Shown: one piece after another, positions 10,147 through 20,910 of the stretch
Position numbering within the stretch: position 1 is the stretch's first letter
Layout: each line of letters opens with the position of its first letter
From: Microcoleus sp.
GTDB lineage: Bacteria > Cyanobacteriota > Cyanobacteriia > Cyanobacteriales > Microcoleaceae
Length of the DNA stretch: 64,000 nucleotides
Assembly (NCBI GenBank): GCA_052279835.1
Contig: CP181291.1
Location: forward strand, 3,328,001-3,392,000
Direction: 5' to 3'
Made by a program: the position numbers and the translations under genes
Notes under the pieces: generated by a model
Told to the model about the DNA's origin: nothing
Database searches by the model: none
Seen by the model: only the letters and a program-made list of their open reading frames with translations

Positions 10147-11778
10147 GTGAAGAGTGCCTCTAATCCCTCAGAAGTATTTGAATGTCCAAGTAAAGCAGAA
10201 ATAATCGATCGCATCCAAAAGTTAGTTCCCCCAGGCTCGTTGGAACCGCAAGATCCTGAAACTATAGCTGCTTTACAAACTTTGACGGCACAGTTAATCA
10301 GGGCCTACAAAGCAGACGGACAATTAGAAAGCGAACCTTTTGAGGACGTGCGCGATCGCGAAGTACACCTGTACGCCACCGCAGTCAGCAACAAAATCCA
10401 AGGAAAAACCATCCTCGTCACCGGTGGCGAAGGATGCGTCGGCAATTACTTAATCGAAAAACTGCTGTATTTAGGTGCAAGTCAAATCATTTGCGTAGAC
10501 AAAGCCCGATGTCAAAACCCCTTAGAAACTCTTTCCCTTTGTCAAAAAGAAGGTGCTGTTACCTTCTATGCTACCGACATTCGCAACTTTGGAGCCCTTA
10601 AACACATATTTGAAGTCCACAAGCCAGAAATTGTTTTTCACCTAGCAGCTCAACGCTCCCCAGGACTAGCTGAAATTCAAATCCGAGAAACAGTGACAAC
10701 CAGTATTTTAGGAACCAAGCACGTCATCCAACTCTCGGAAGAATACGGTGTGGAACAGTGCATTTTTTCTTCCACTGGAAAAGCATCTCGGTATTTTACC
10801 ACGGAAGTTTATGCAGCTTCTAAAAAATTTGCTGAATGGCAATTTGCCAGAGCAGCTAAGTCAGGACAAGTCACCTACGGGATGGTTCGCTTTACTCATA
10901 TGCTGGAAAACAGCTTGTTCTGCGAACAAATGTCCAAGAAAGTAGAGCAAGGAAAAATTGTCAACGTTCACGCTCCCCACCGCTACGTCACCGCTCAAAA
11001 TGTTCTGGAAGCAGTCCATTTATTGCTGAACTCACTGGTTTTATCTGTTCCCGGAAAACTGAAATTTCTGACGGTGCGAAATCTCGGATGGCCCACAGAA
11101 ACATTGGAAGTAGCTCTCTATAAAATTGTTGAGTCAGGTAAAAATCTCCCGATTTATTTTCAAGGACTTTTACCAGGCTATGAAGAACCATTTTTTATGG
11201 GACAATTTGACTGGAGCCAACCTACAGACATTCACCTCTTAATTAATGTTCTGGAAGACCCTTTTAGAATTGTTGACGATTCGGGCGATATCGTGAGTGC
11301 AGAGTTGGCTCCTTTTTCTTTCCGGGTGTTTGATAGACAAGTGTCTCACTTGGAAAGTTTTATCAACGCTTCGGATTTCCCAGAATCACAAATTAAAGAA
11401 GTTCTGGTAGCGGCAGAAAAAGAAGTAATTGCTTCTTCTTTTGCCTGGAGTTCTGCTCCAGATTTATTGAAAATCTTGCATTGGGGAATTAATCCGAAGA
11501 AATTGCAATGTTACGGAAGTGACATCTATAGCTATAGCGAGATTATCGAACTACTGCTGCAAGGAATTTACGGCAGAGTTGATGCAGAAGTGTTGCAAAA
11601 ATCTGGAATTAGCGCTGATGAATTTCATGAATTAGTGAATAGTTTGGCTGCACTTGATTCTCTGGAATCGGAGGTACATTATTTGCGATCGGTGTCAAGA
11701 TCTGTGAGAGAATTGATGCCATTGGCATCATTAACTAATAAAAATTATGAGGGTGTTAGCATCCGTGATGCAGCCTAA
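10147..11778 (+). CDS. Polysaccharide biosynthesis NAD-dependent epimerase/dehydratase (CapD-like extended SDR) with C-terminal extension
   Basis: ILVTGGEGCVG Rossmann motif, PEIVFHLAAQR, YAASK catalytic YxxxK. Confidence 0.75.
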   Translation: MKSASNPSEVFECPSKAEIIDRIQKLVPPGSLEPQDPETIAALQTLTAQLIRAYKADGQLESEPFEDVRDREVHLYATAVSNKIQGKTILVTGGEGCVGNYLIEKLLYLGASQIICVDKARCQNPLETLSLCQKEGAVTFYATDIRNFGALKHIFEVHKPEIVFHLAAQRSPGLAEIQIRETVTTSILGTKHVIQLSEEYGVEQCIFSSTGKASRYFTTEVYAASKKFAEWQFARAAKSGQVTYGMVRFTHMLENSLFCEQMSKKVEQGKIVNVHAPHRYVTAQNVLEAVHLLLNSLVLSVPGKLKFLTVRNLGWPTETLEVALYKIVESGKNLPIYFQGLLPGYEEPFFMGQFDWSQPTDIHLLINVLEDPFRIVDDSGDIVSAELAPFSFRVFDRQVSHLESFINASDFPESQIKEVLVAAEKEVIASSFAWSSAPDLLKILHWGINPKKLQCYGSDIYSYSEIIELLLQGIYGRVDAEVLQKSGISADEFHELVNSLAALDSLESEVHYLRSVSRSVRELMPLASLTNKNYEGVSIRDAA

Positions 11779-11833
11779 CATGATCCGAAATACTCAGTGA
11801 GTTGTGATTTTAAAAACAGAAAACCTAGAAATC

Positions 11834-11868
11834 GAGAAGCCCGACTTTTTTAAGAAGTCGGGCTTCTC
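11834..11868. repeat. Palindromic dispersed repeat (CCCGACTT...AAGTCGGG)
   Basis: Hairpin; similar copies at about 53114-53149 and 22829-22868. Confidence 0.7.
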
Positions 11869-11925
11869 GGTATGTGAATTTTAGGTTAGACTAGGATTGG
11901 CCAAATTAAAATAAGGTACTAGAGC

Positions 11926-13131
11926 GTGGAAAATAGTCAGCTAGTGTTCCTATTTATTGATATCCTGTTATGGGCGATCGCCCTAATTCTTCTCATTCCC
12001 GTTGCAGTTCTATTTCTAGAATGCACAGCCTCTTTATTTTCAGCTAGCCAATCCACCGCAGATACTAAATCTCCCCGTCCGAAAGTAGCCGTTTTAATTC
12101 CAGCTTACAACGAAGCAGCAGGCATTGCAGCCACGATATCCACAATATTGCCACAATTAACACCGGACGATCGCCTATTAGTGATTGCAGACAACTGTAC
12201 CGACTCCACAGCAAATATCGCCCGCAAATGTGGTGCAACGGCGCTAGAACGCCAAGACACGGAACGCAAAGGCAAAGGATACGCCCTAGATTTCGGCTTA
12301 AAGGCGATCGAATCCGACCCCCCAGAAGTAGTGATCATGGTGGACGCAGACTGTATCTGTCAACCAGACGCGATCGAGAAATTAGCCAGAATTGCAGTGG
12401 CTTCCCAAAGACCAGTGCAAGCAACATATTTAATGGAACAGCCACCGAATCCTACTCCGAAAGATTCTATTTCTGCTTTAGCATTTCTAGTCAAAAACTT
12501 AGTCAGACCAAGCGGATTAAAACAGTTAGGATTCCCATCATTACTAACAGGAACTGGCATGGCTTTTCCCTGGTCGATAATTCGATCGGTTTCCCTAGCC
12601 AGTGGTAATATTGTTGAAGATATGCAGATGAGTTTGGATTTGGCGATCGCCGGACATCCCACCATGTTTTGTCCCGCAGCCAGAGTCACCGGTTGTTTAC
12701 CCCAGCAGCAGCAAGCAGCCACAAGTCAAAGAACCCGATGGGAACACGGTCACATACAGACTTTGTTAACCCAAACCCCGCGCCTCGCAGCAGCATCCCT
12801 ACAGCAAAAACGATTTGACTTATTGGCGATCGCCCTCGACTTATCAGTCCCTCCCCTGTCTCTTTTAGTCGCCCTGTGGCTAGCAGCTTTTGCAGCCTCA
12901 TTACTAGCAACAACCTTGGGAACATCCCCACTTCCAGCCATCTTGTTAGCAATACAAGGATTGTTAATTCTAGTTTCAATTGTCGGAGCTTGGGCTAAAT
13001 TTGGGCGTGCCGATATTTCCGGTTCCACTCTGTTATCCGTACCCTTTTACATCCTCTGGAAAATCCCTTTGTATCTCGGTTTTCTGCTGAAACGCCAAAC
13101 CAAATGGGTACGCACAGAACGGGATGTTTGA
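11926..13131 (+). CDS. Glycosyltransferase family 2 (processive type, membrane bound)
   Basis: IPAYNEA, DNCTD, GKGYAL, DAD, VEDM, QRTRW motifs; C-terminal TM helices. Confidence 0.92.
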   Translation: MENSQLVFLFIDILLWAIALILLIPVAVLFLECTASLFSASQSTADTKSPRPKVAVLIPAYNEAAGIAATISTILPQLTPDDRLLVIADNCTDSTANIARKCGATALERQDTERKGKGYALDFGLKAIESDPPEVVIMVDADCICQPDAIEKLARIAVASQRPVQATYLMEQPPNPTPKDSISALAFLVKNLVRPSGLKQLGFPSLLTGTGMAFPWSIIRSVSLASGNIVEDMQMSLDLAIAGHPTMFCPAARVTGCLPQQQQAATSQRTRWEHGHIQTLLTQTPRLAAASLQQKRFDLLAIALDLSVPPLSLLVALWLAAFAASLLATTLGTSPLPAILLAIQGLLILVSIVGAWAKFGRADISGSTLLSVPFYILWKIPLYLGFLLKRQTKWVRTERDV

Positions 13132-13288
13132 GAATTACTGAATAATGTAAATATAGGTAATTGGTAATGGGTAATTGGTAATGCCCTATCTTCTTTCTCA
13201 GTTAGGTGAGGTACAGGCTAATGGGTAATGGGGAAACCCCCCTGCCCCGCCAGGGGCTAGGGTTGAGGCTAGAGACTCCAAAAAAAGC

Positions 13289-16200
13289 TCACCGCCGCAC
13301 TGGAATCTCGATCGCAAACTCAGTCCCTTCACCTGGTGCGGAAGTACAAATTAGCTTCCCGCCATGTTTTTCAACCACAATCTGATAGCTGATACTCAAC
13401 CCCAAGCCAGTACCTTTACCTACTGCTTTCGTAGTAAAGAAAGGGTCAAATATGCGCGATCGTACTTCCTCTGTCATCCCAGGGCCATTATCAGCAATAT
13501 GAATTATCGCCCAGTTTTTATCAGATACCTCAGTCCAAATCTTAATTTTGGGCTTAAAGATTTCTGGTGACATATTTTCTGGTTTTTGGGTTTTGTGCTG
13601 TCTCCCAACTCTTAACTCTACTGCATCAATTGCATTGCTCAAAATATTCATAAACACCTGATTTAAGCCTGAAGCATAACAACTTACTTTGGGAAGTTCA
13701 CCATAATTTTTAATCACCTCAACTCCAGAACCATCTGCATTTTTTTTCAACTTGTGCTGCAAAATTAACAGAGTAGATTCAATCCCAGAGTGAATATCCA
13801 CAGGTTTCATTTCAGATTCATCCAGCCTTGAGAAATTCCGCAGCGACAGTACAATATTGCGGACGCGATCGACCCCCACCTGCATTGATTGCAGCATTTT
13901 CGGCAAGTCTTCTTGGATAAATAACAGGTCTACATCCTCTGTTTTAGCAACAATTTCAGGAGTCGGATTTGGGTAAGACTCTTGGTAAAGCTCAATTAAT
14001 CCCAGCAAATCGGAGCTATAGTCGTTAGCGTGGACCACATTGCCATAAATAAAATTAATCGGATTATTAATTTCGTGAGCAACTCCCGCCACTAACTGCC
14101 CCAAAGAAGACATTTTTTCCGTTTGAATTAGTTGGCTCTGAGTCGATCGCAATTCCGACAAAGTAACTTCCAACTGCGACGCTTTTTCTCTCAACAAAGC
14201 TTCCGAATCGCGCAAAGCATCTTCGGCTACCTTGCGCTGGCTAATATCCTGTACAGTCCCAAATAACTTAATTACCTTACCACTATCGAAAATAGCTTGC
14301 GCCTTAACAAAAATATATCTGACATCTCCATCAGGACGCAAAATTTTCAACTCAAACTCACAGGGATTTCCTGATTGAATAATCTCATTTATTCGCTCTA
14401 AGCAAAACTTTATACTCTCTGGATGGATATGCTGTTCGTGTTCTAAAAAATTCGGCTCAGCTAGTTGAATATCCAGACCAAAAATTCGGAATACTTCTTC
14501 AGACCAAGTGAATTTCTGGACTGCTAAATCAAATTCCCAGCTACCCAAATGCGCCAGTTTTTGTGCTTCTTGCAGCTTGGCTTCCTTCGTTTTTAATTCT
14601 TGGGTGCGTTCTTCTACTTTCACCTCTAGCGTCTGCGAATAATCCTCCAACTCTTGCTTAGCAGCCGACAAATTAGCCACAAGTACCGCATTTTCTATAG
14701 ATATAGCCGCTTGGGAAGAAAGCATTTTTAAAATCTCCAGCCTACCGGGAAAAAATGCTTCTGAAGTTAAATTGTTTTCTAAATAAAGAATAGCTGAGAT
14801 TTTGCTTTTACTCAGGATGGGAGTACAAAGCACAGATTTGAGTTGCTGGCTTTTAATGTAGGGGTCATGTGTAAATAAACCTTCCTTAGCAGCATCACTT
14901 AAAACCACGTCAGAGTGTGTCCTTTCAACATAATTAATTACCGTTATTGGCAAAAATGCCCCTGGGTCGCAGGTCGGACATTCCTCCATTTTAATATCTG
15001 AATTCAGCACCGATGCTGCTGCTTGGACAACCAATTTTCCTTCCCTTGGTATCAACAGAAAGCCTGTTTGTGCTCCCGCATTTTCCATCGCGATTTTCAT
15101 TAATTTGGCTAACAACTTGTCGAGCACAATTTCACTAGCTAGGGCTTGAGATGCTTTCAATACCGTTGTTAAATCTAATAAACTGCTGTGACTGCTGCTG
15201 GTGGAAGTAGAATTAGTGCTAGCCATAGTGCGATCGCCACTAGATTTTACCACCGATGCAGGGGGTAAAGACATGGGATACTCTGACTCCAAATGTTTGA
15301 CTTTGGCGGTGGCTCCCCAATGAAGATAGCCGTAGTAAGCCTCTATCAGATAAGTCTCAGCCACTTTAGGGCGATCGCCAGCCCGATAAAATTCTGCTGC
15401 TAGTTCATTTGCTAGGGCTGCTTCGTGGATGTATTCATTCTCTGAGGCTCCTTTCACAGCGCGATCGTAATACAGAGCAGCTTGTTCAGATTGTCCCAAT
15501 ACTCGCGCTTTTTCGGCTTCTACTAAGTCATACTTATGCTGATAATTTGCCGGAGAATTCACAGCCCAATGCTTCATTTTTTTCTGAAGCGCCCCCACTT
15601 TTTTTAAATGTTTTTTTTGTTCAGTTTTTGAAACAGTTGGATACAAAGCTAACAACGATAAGGAATAGTAAAAATTGTGGATAGGAACATACATCATACT
15701 CATAACAGCCTCAGCGTAACTTGAAGCTGTTAACGCATTTTCCGCAGATTTTACATAATCTTTAAATAGATAGTTTAGCCAAGATTTTGCTAAATACACT
15801 ACAAATATTACCAGATTGTTTTTACTTTCTATCAAGACTGGTAGCATAGTTGTTTCATTAAATCTTTCGCCGATTAACAGGCAAGGATTAGTTGTTTTAC
15901 CTTGCAAATTTAAAACAACCTGCGCCCCAACTAGGGCTTGATAAATCATAAATCCATTTTGATAATTGACCAACATTTGAATGTATTGATTCTGCTTAGT
16001 CTCAACAATATCCAAAGGTTCGCCACTCAAAAATATATAATTGCTGTAAAAACTCGCACAATAACAAGCATTATTCACATCTCCGGTTTCGATTCCACTC
16101 TGGATACCATCAATTAAACCGATAAGACTTTTCTTAACGTGTTCGGACCAGTGACGTATAAAACCATTAAAAATTAGTAAAATTTGAGCGTCATGTAAGT

Positions 16201-19200
16201 TAGTGTGGAATCGTTCCAAAAGTACCTGAGCCATTTGACCATATCGGTATCCAGAATCCATATCACCTAACACCCCACACTGGATCACGCCATAGTTTGC
16301 ATACCCAAAACTAGACAAAGGCGCATTCCCGTATTTCAGAGAAAGTGTAACAATTTTAAAGACGATAAATGGGAACGTATTGGGTACTACTATAAACGCA
16401 GCCGGACTCATATTTGTTAAAATTCGTATAGCCGCAATTGTATTAGGGTTAGTCATTGTTGGCAGTTTTACTAAATCTTCAATATTTTGATTTTTCAAAC
16501 TTAGTTTTGTCCGAAATAGCTCCAAAATTACATTCAGTTTATTAGGGTTTTTAGGAATGTAAATTCCCAACATTTTCAAGGCTTCTAGAGCTGTATTAAT
16601 CGAAAGTTCTGGTTGATTTTGATTAAAGTAAAAAATGACTTTTAATTCATAAACTTTAATTTTTTCTAGCAAATTCTCGGCGCGGGATAATATCGCATCT
16701 GATAGCTGGAAAGCTAGCTCAAATTCGGTATTTATATAGGATAATTCCAGCGCTTCCAGATGGAGTTCCATGATTAAACTGTAGTGATTATCCCAAGCTC
16801 GATCGGGTAGCAGTTCTATACCTGTATTAAAATATTTGAGTGCTGCTTCAAAGGCGGCAGAACTCTTAGCTTTTTTGCCAGCTATCAGATTAAAGTTAGC
16901 TAGTTGATTTCGCTGTTCTCCCTCGCTGATAAATTCCACTCCGATATTGAGTTGGTTCACAATATCAAAGATATTTTCTGCTATCTCCGATACCGTAGGG
17001 GCGGTGGATGGTGCGTGCCCGCCCTTTTCCTTGTGCAGTAGCAGATACCCGATTTTTAAGTGGGTTTGTTTTTTCTGGGAGTCAGGGATCAGAGAATAGG
17101 TGGCTTGCTGGACGCGATCGTGCAAAAATCTGTAAGCAATTGAACTCTCAGCCTGCATTACCTGAAGTCGATCGAGCATTCCAAATTCTCCCCCATCCCC
17201 TCCCCGTTCAGATTTTATTTCCTCAAGCAGAGGAATTTTGTAAGCATTACTCAGGGGCACAATTAAACCAGCTTGCAGCGCCTCCCATAAATCAGCAGCC
17301 GTTTCCGAGGGGGATTTTTCCCTAACAATTGCCAAATTTTCTAAACTAAAATGGTTGCCCATACAAGCAGCTAATTTTAATACTTGCTGAGTCTCCTCCG
17401 GTAGTTTTTGAATGTTTCGAGCAACTAATTCAACGACATTGTAATCTACAATGCCAGCGGCTTCAATTTCCCGGATATCCCAATGCCACGCAGCCATATT
17501 GAAATCAAAAGCTAACAGTTTTTCGTAATGAAGAGTTGAAAGCATTTGAGTGATAAAAAATGGATTTCCTCCAGTTTTATTAAAAATCAACTCTGCCAGT
17601 AACTTTAAATTTTCCGTTTTCTGACCAAAAGTATCTCGCAATAGCTCAGTGACACTGCTCAAATCTAAAGATGGGAGGATAATCTGATGCACCGCAGAAC
17701 CATACTGTTCAATTTTTTCAACTGTTTGAACTAAAGGATGAGTCAAATTGACTTCGTTATCTCGATAGGCTCCTACTACTAAAAAATATCGAATATCCGA
17801 GTCTGTTACCAGCTCTTGAAGCAATTTTAAGGAAGCTAAATCTGCCCACTGCAAATCATCCAGAAATAGAACCAAAGGGTGTTCTGCTTGGGCAAACACA
17901 TTCAGAAATTCTTTGAACAATCGATTAAAACGATTTTGAGATTCTGTAGGACCCAATTGGAGTACAGTAGGCTGGGAACCAATTATTAATTCGACAGAAG
18001 GGACAACCTCAATAATAATTGCACCATTTTGACCTAGCTTTGACAACAATTTTTCTTTCCAAATTGCCAAATCTGCTGAGCTTTTTGTTAATAACTGCTG
18101 CATCAATGACTCAAAGGCTTGAGTGAGTGCAGCATAGGGAATATCTCGTTTAAACTGGTCAAATTTGCCAGCAATAAAATAACCACGCTGCCGTAAAATT
18201 GGTTTATGAACTTCATTAACAACTGAGGTTTTGCCAATGCCTGAGTATCCGCTCACCAGCACCATTTCAGTTTTTCCAAAGGTAACTCGATCGAAAGCAG
18301 CCATTAAATCAGCGACTTCTTTGGTGCGGCCATAGAGTTTTTGAGGAATCAAAAATTGACCAGATTTATCCAGAGTGCCTGGAATGAAATTGTCTATTTT
18401 GCCTTTAGTTTGTAGCTGATTTAGGCAATTTTCTAAGTCTGCTTTTACTCCAAAGGCACTTTGATATCTGTCTTCGGCATTTTTAGCTAATAGTTTCATG
18501 ACAATGGATGAAACCACCAGGGGGACTTCTTTGTTTAGCTGATGCGGCGCAACTGGTGTTACGGCAATATGACTGTGAATTAATTCTAAGGGGTCAGTGG
18601 AGCTAAAGGGTAATTCTCCTGTCAACATTTCATAAAATGTGATGCCTAGAGAATACAAGTCAGTTCGGTAATCGAGGTCTCGGTTCATTCTCCCGGTTTG
18701 CTCTGGGGATATATAGGCTAGAGTGCCTTCTAGGACGGCGGTATTACTATTTTGATAAACCTCTTTAGATAGGCGAGTTGCCATGCTAAAATCTGTGATT
18801 TTTACTTGAATAATGTCTGGGAAAACAATTACATTTGAGGGTTTTATATCTTTATGAATAATGTGGTTTTTATGTACTTCTCCGAGAGTATGACTCAGTT
18901 GAATAGCTATAGGTAAAAATTTATTATATTTAATCTTTTTTCCCGCCAGATGGTGTCTTAGAGATTCACCGCCGCAATCTTCTAAGATGAGAGCGAAACT
19001 GTTTTTATATTTTTCTAAGCTATGGGGTTTGATAATTCCTTCTATGTTGAGATTTGAGCTAATTTGGTATTCATGTTTCAAACGGGTAATTTCTTCGATG
19101 GTGGGATAGTCGCTATTTAGTGTTTTAATGATGACTAAGGCTCCATCTGATTCTCTGACAGCGCGATAAATAATTGATTTCACACCAAGTTGAACAACTT

Positions 19201-19231
19201 CTGTGATTTTGTAACCGGGAAGTAGATTCAT
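13289..19231 (-). CDS. Multidomain Ser/Thr kinase - AAA ATPase - GAF - PAS - sensor histidine kinase
   Basis: IHKDIKPSN and [16 protein letters not shown] (kinase); GYSGIGKT and LDDLQWAD (AAA); GAF; PAS ([17 protein letters not shown]); AHEINNP and [19 protein letters not shown] (His kinase). Confidence 0.95.
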   Translation of the reverse strand: MNLLPGYKITEVVQLGVKSIIYRAVRESDGALVIIKTLNSDYPTIEEITRLKHEYQISSNLNIEGIIKPHSLEKYKNSFALILEDCGGESLRHHLAGKKIKYNKFLPIAIQLSHTLGEVHKNHIIHKDIKPSNVIVFPDIIQVKITDFSMATRLSKEVYQNSNTAVLEGTLAYISPEQTGRMNRDLDYRTDLYSLGITFYEMLTGELPFSSTDPLELIHSHIAVTPVAPHQLNKEVPLVVSSIVMKLLAKNAEDRYQSAFGVKADLENCLNQLQTKGKIDNFIPGTLDKSGQFLIPQKLYGRTKEVADLMAAFDRVTFGKTEMVLVSGYSGIGKTSVVNEVHKPILRQRGYFIAGKFDQFKRDIPYAALTQAFESLMQQLLTKSSADLAIWKEKLLSKLGQNGAIIIEVVPSVELIIGSQPTVLQLGPTESQNRFNRLFKEFLNVFAQAEHPLVLFLDDLQWADLASLKLLQELVTDSDIRYFLVVGAYRDNEVNLTHPLVQTVEKIEQYGSAVHQIILPSLDLSSVTELLRDTFGQKTENLKLLAELIFNKTGGNPFFITQMLSTLHYEKLLAFDFNMAAWHWDIREIEAAGIVDYNVVELVARNIQKLPEETQQVLKLAACMGNHFSLENLAIVREKSPSETAADLWEALQAGLIVPLSNAYKIPLLEEIKSERGGDGGEFGMLDRLQVMQAESSIAYRFLHDRVQQATYSLIPDSQKKQTHLKIGYLLLHKEKGGHAPSTAPTVSEIAENIFDIVNQLNIGVEFISEGEQRNQLANFNLIAGKKAKSSAAFEAALKYFNTGIELLPDRAWDNHYSLIMELHLEALELSYINTEFELAFQLSDAILSRAENLLEKIKVYELKVIFYFNQNQPELSINTALEALKMLGIYIPKNPNKLNVILELFRTKLSLKNQNIEDLVKLPTMTNPNTIAAIRILTNMSPAAFIVVPNTFPFIVFKIVTLSLKYGNAPLSSFGYANYGVIQCGVLGDMDSGYRYGQMAQVLLERFHTNLHDAQILLIFNGFIRHWSEHVKKSLIGLIDGIQSGIETGDVNNACYCASFYSNYIFLSGEPLDIVETKQNQYIQMLVNYQNGFMIYQALVGAQVVLNLQGKTTNPCLLIGERFNETTMLPVLIESKNNLVIFVVYLAKSWLNYLFKDYVKSAENALTASSYAEAVMSMMYVPIHNFYYSLSLLALYPTVSKTEQKKHLKKVGALQKKMKHWAVNSPANYQHKYDLVEAEKARVLGQSEQAALYYDRAVKGASENEYIHEAALANELAAEFYRAGDRPKVAETYLIEAYYGYLHWGATAKVKHLESEYPMSLPPASVVKSSGDRTMASTNSTSTSSSHSSLLDLTTVLKASQALASEIVLDKLLAKLMKIAMENAGAQTGFLLIPREGKLVVQAAASVLNSDIKMEECPTCDPGAFLPITVINYVERTHSDVVLSDAAKEGLFTHDPYIKSQQLKSVLCTPILSKSKISAILYLENNLTSEAFFPGRLEILKMLSSQAAISIENAVLVANLSAAKQELEDYSQTLEVKVEERTQELKTKEAKLQEAQKLAHLGSWEFDLAVQKFTWSEEVFRIFGLDIQLAEPNFLEHEQHIHPESIKFCLERINEIIQSGNPCEFELKILRPDGDVRYIFVKAQAIFDSGKVIKLFGTVQDISQRKVAEDALRDSEALLREKASQLEVTLSELRSTQSQLIQTEKMSSLGQLVAGVAHEINNPINFIYGNVVHANDYSSDLLGLIELYQESYPNPTPEIVAKTEDVDLLFIQEDLPKMLQSMQVGVDRVRNIVLSLRNFSRLDESEMKPVDIHSGIESTLLILQHKLKKNADGSGVEVIKNYGELPKVSCYASGLNQVFMNILSNAIDAVELRVGRQHKTQKPENMSPEIFKPKIKIWTEVSDKNWAIIHIADNGPGMTEEVRSRIFDPFFTTKAVGKGTGLGLSISYQIVVEKHGGKLICTSAPGEGTEFAIEIPVRR

Positions 19232-19730
19232 GGTTTTTCTTTTGTGACTAACTGTTGGCTTAACATCTTGATGGATGTCGATCGAGCGGTGACGACTGTA
19301 CTTAAGTGTTTTTATAATTATTTTGTGCTTGACGATACACAGCCAATAAAGTAATGAGTCTGTATTTTTCGAGTTTAGTAGATGTAATAAAAATTTATAG
19401 ACTAGGAACTGCCTGACAACAGCAGGTCTGGTTGCATCTCCCCCTGATATGTACAGCCTGATACTTCACGCCGTCGAGCTTTACACTATTGTAACAAACT
19501 ATGTGATATCGATCGCAGATGCTCGTCCACAAATCCCCATCCCATCAAGATTTAGCTCTCAATTAGAGCCTGGTCTCCCAAAACCAACCACAAGCCCAGG
19601 GCCGGAATATCCAGTTGGAGGCGATCGAGCCTCAAACTAGATAAGATGTGTATCACCCAAAAACATGATTCAGATCACAGCCTTGCGGTGAGGTAGTTGG
19701 TAGCATTTTTCCATAATCAGGTGCATCACA

Positions 19731-20474
19731 ATGGAAGAAGTCCTAGCATTGATTGAAAACAAGAAGCAAGAATTTGCTAAATCTGGGCTATTTGAGTTTA
19801 TGCGAGACACAAGTATAAACCCAAAACAACGCCTAGCTTTTGCTCCCTGCGTTGCTCCTTTCGTGATGAGTTTTGGTGAATTTAACAAGTATGTCTTCCG
19901 AGAAGAACCAACCAACGATCCACTTCAGGTAATAGTCAACAATCATACCTATGAAGACGATCATCACTGGTTGTGGTTTTTGGCAGATTTAGAAACACTG
20001 GGTATTAACAAATCTGTTAAGTTCAGTGATGCTTTGAATTTTCTCTGGAATGAAGAAACAAAAGCTTCGCGGTGGGTAACACACCTGATTTTCCGATATG
20101 CTTTTAGAGCGAATCCGATCGCGAAATTAGCAATTCTGGAAGTGATAGAAGCCACCGGTAATGTGTTCTTTTCAACGGCGGCCCCCATCGCTGAAGAACT
20201 GCGAACAACTACCCAGAAGGAGTTTCTTTATTTTGGCTGTTTTCATTTGGCTGTGGAAACAGGTCATACTACGGGCACACCGGAAGTTGAGCAATTGATT
20301 AGAAACATACAACTGACTCCTGAAAGCCGTCAAGAGGCTTTTGAGGTAGTTGAGCATTTGTTTGAAGCTTTCACAAAACTAACCGATGAGCTTCTGCTTT
20401 ATGCAAAAACTCATAGCTTTGAGCAACCTTTTGCCAAGCCTCGCGAGGTTTTGCAACCTTTAAAAGCAGCCTAG
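19731..20474 (+). CDS. Heme-oxygenase-like diiron oxidase, AetD-like (iron-containing redox enzyme)
   Basis: 247-aa helical protein with HTYEDDHHWLWFLADL, EVIEATG and FHLAVETGH candidate His/Glu metal-ligand motifs. By recall these match the cyanobacterial nitrile synthase AetD pattern; alignment needed. Confidence 0.75.
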   Translation: MEEVLALIENKKQEFAKSGLFEFMRDTSINPKQRLAFAPCVAPFVMSFGEFNKYVFREEPTNDPLQVIVNNHTYEDDHHWLWFLADLETLGINKSVKFSDALNFLWNEETKASRWVTHLIFRYAFRANPIAKLAILEVIEATGNVFFSTAAPIAEELRTTTQKEFLYFGCFHLAVETGHTTGTPEVEQLIRNIQLTPESRQEAFEVVEHLFEAFTKLTDELLLYAKTHSFEQPFAKPREVLQPLKAA

Positions 20475-20558
20475 CTTACCAGATGTAAAATTTTCAATTT
20501 TTGGAAGCCGACAAATCTTAGAATCAGACAAAATTCATTAATTACCAGGAGATGCATC

Positions 20559-20807
20559 ATGTCAGAATTTAACCCTAATTCTTTAACTGTGACAGAGAAT
20601 CTGGACATTGCTCATACTTGGACTGAGAATCTGGATATTGCTCATACTTGGACAGAGAATCTGGACATTGCTCATACTTGGACAGAGAATCTGGACATTG
20701 CTCATACTTGGACTGAGAATTTGGACATTGCTCATACTTGGACTGAGAATTTGGAAATTTCCCAAAGTTCTCGCCTAGCTGAAAATGATAAAGTAGCAGT
20801 CGGATAA
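20559..20807 (+). CDS. Putative RiPP precursor peptide with five TENLDIAHTW repeats
   Basis: AGGAG RBS; 82 aa; 30-bp repeats vary only at synonymous sites; lies between an oxidase and a halogenase on the same strand. Confidence 0.8.
   Translation: MSEFNPNSLTVTENLDIAHTWTENLDIAHTWTENLDIAHTWTENLDIAHTWTENLDIAHTWTENLEISQSSRLAENDKVAVG
20592..20741 (+). repeat. 5 x 30-bp coding tandem repeat, followed by a degenerate sixth unit
   Basis: ACWGAGAATYTGGAYATTGCTCATACTTGG units with no spacers between them. Confidence 0.95.
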
Positions 20808-20819
20808 AAACTGTTGAAA

Positions 20820-20860
20820 ATAACTATTCAGCCTGGGAAGGAGCGAGGCTGAGTAGTTAT
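20820..20860 (+). terminator. Stem-loop after the precursor gene (mRNA-stabilising or attenuating hairpin)
   Basis: ATAACTATTCAGCCT-11 nt-AGGCTGAGTAGTTAT, a 15-bp stem with one G-U pair. Confidence 0.7.
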
Positions 20861-20910
20861 AAATTTGTCTCCTCAATGCCCAAATTTAGCATCTACTAAC
20901 CCTAATTGAT

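Noticed and set aside
20592..20741. 30-bp direct repeats as a CRISPR array
   Set aside because: The units are contiguous with no spacers, vary only at synonymous codon positions, and no cas genes are nearby. It is a coding repeat.
20583..20765. Antisense ORF with repeated SMSNVQIL units
   Set aside because: It is the shadow of the precursor repeat; its substitutions are non-synonymous (S/C, V/I) and it opposes the operon direction.
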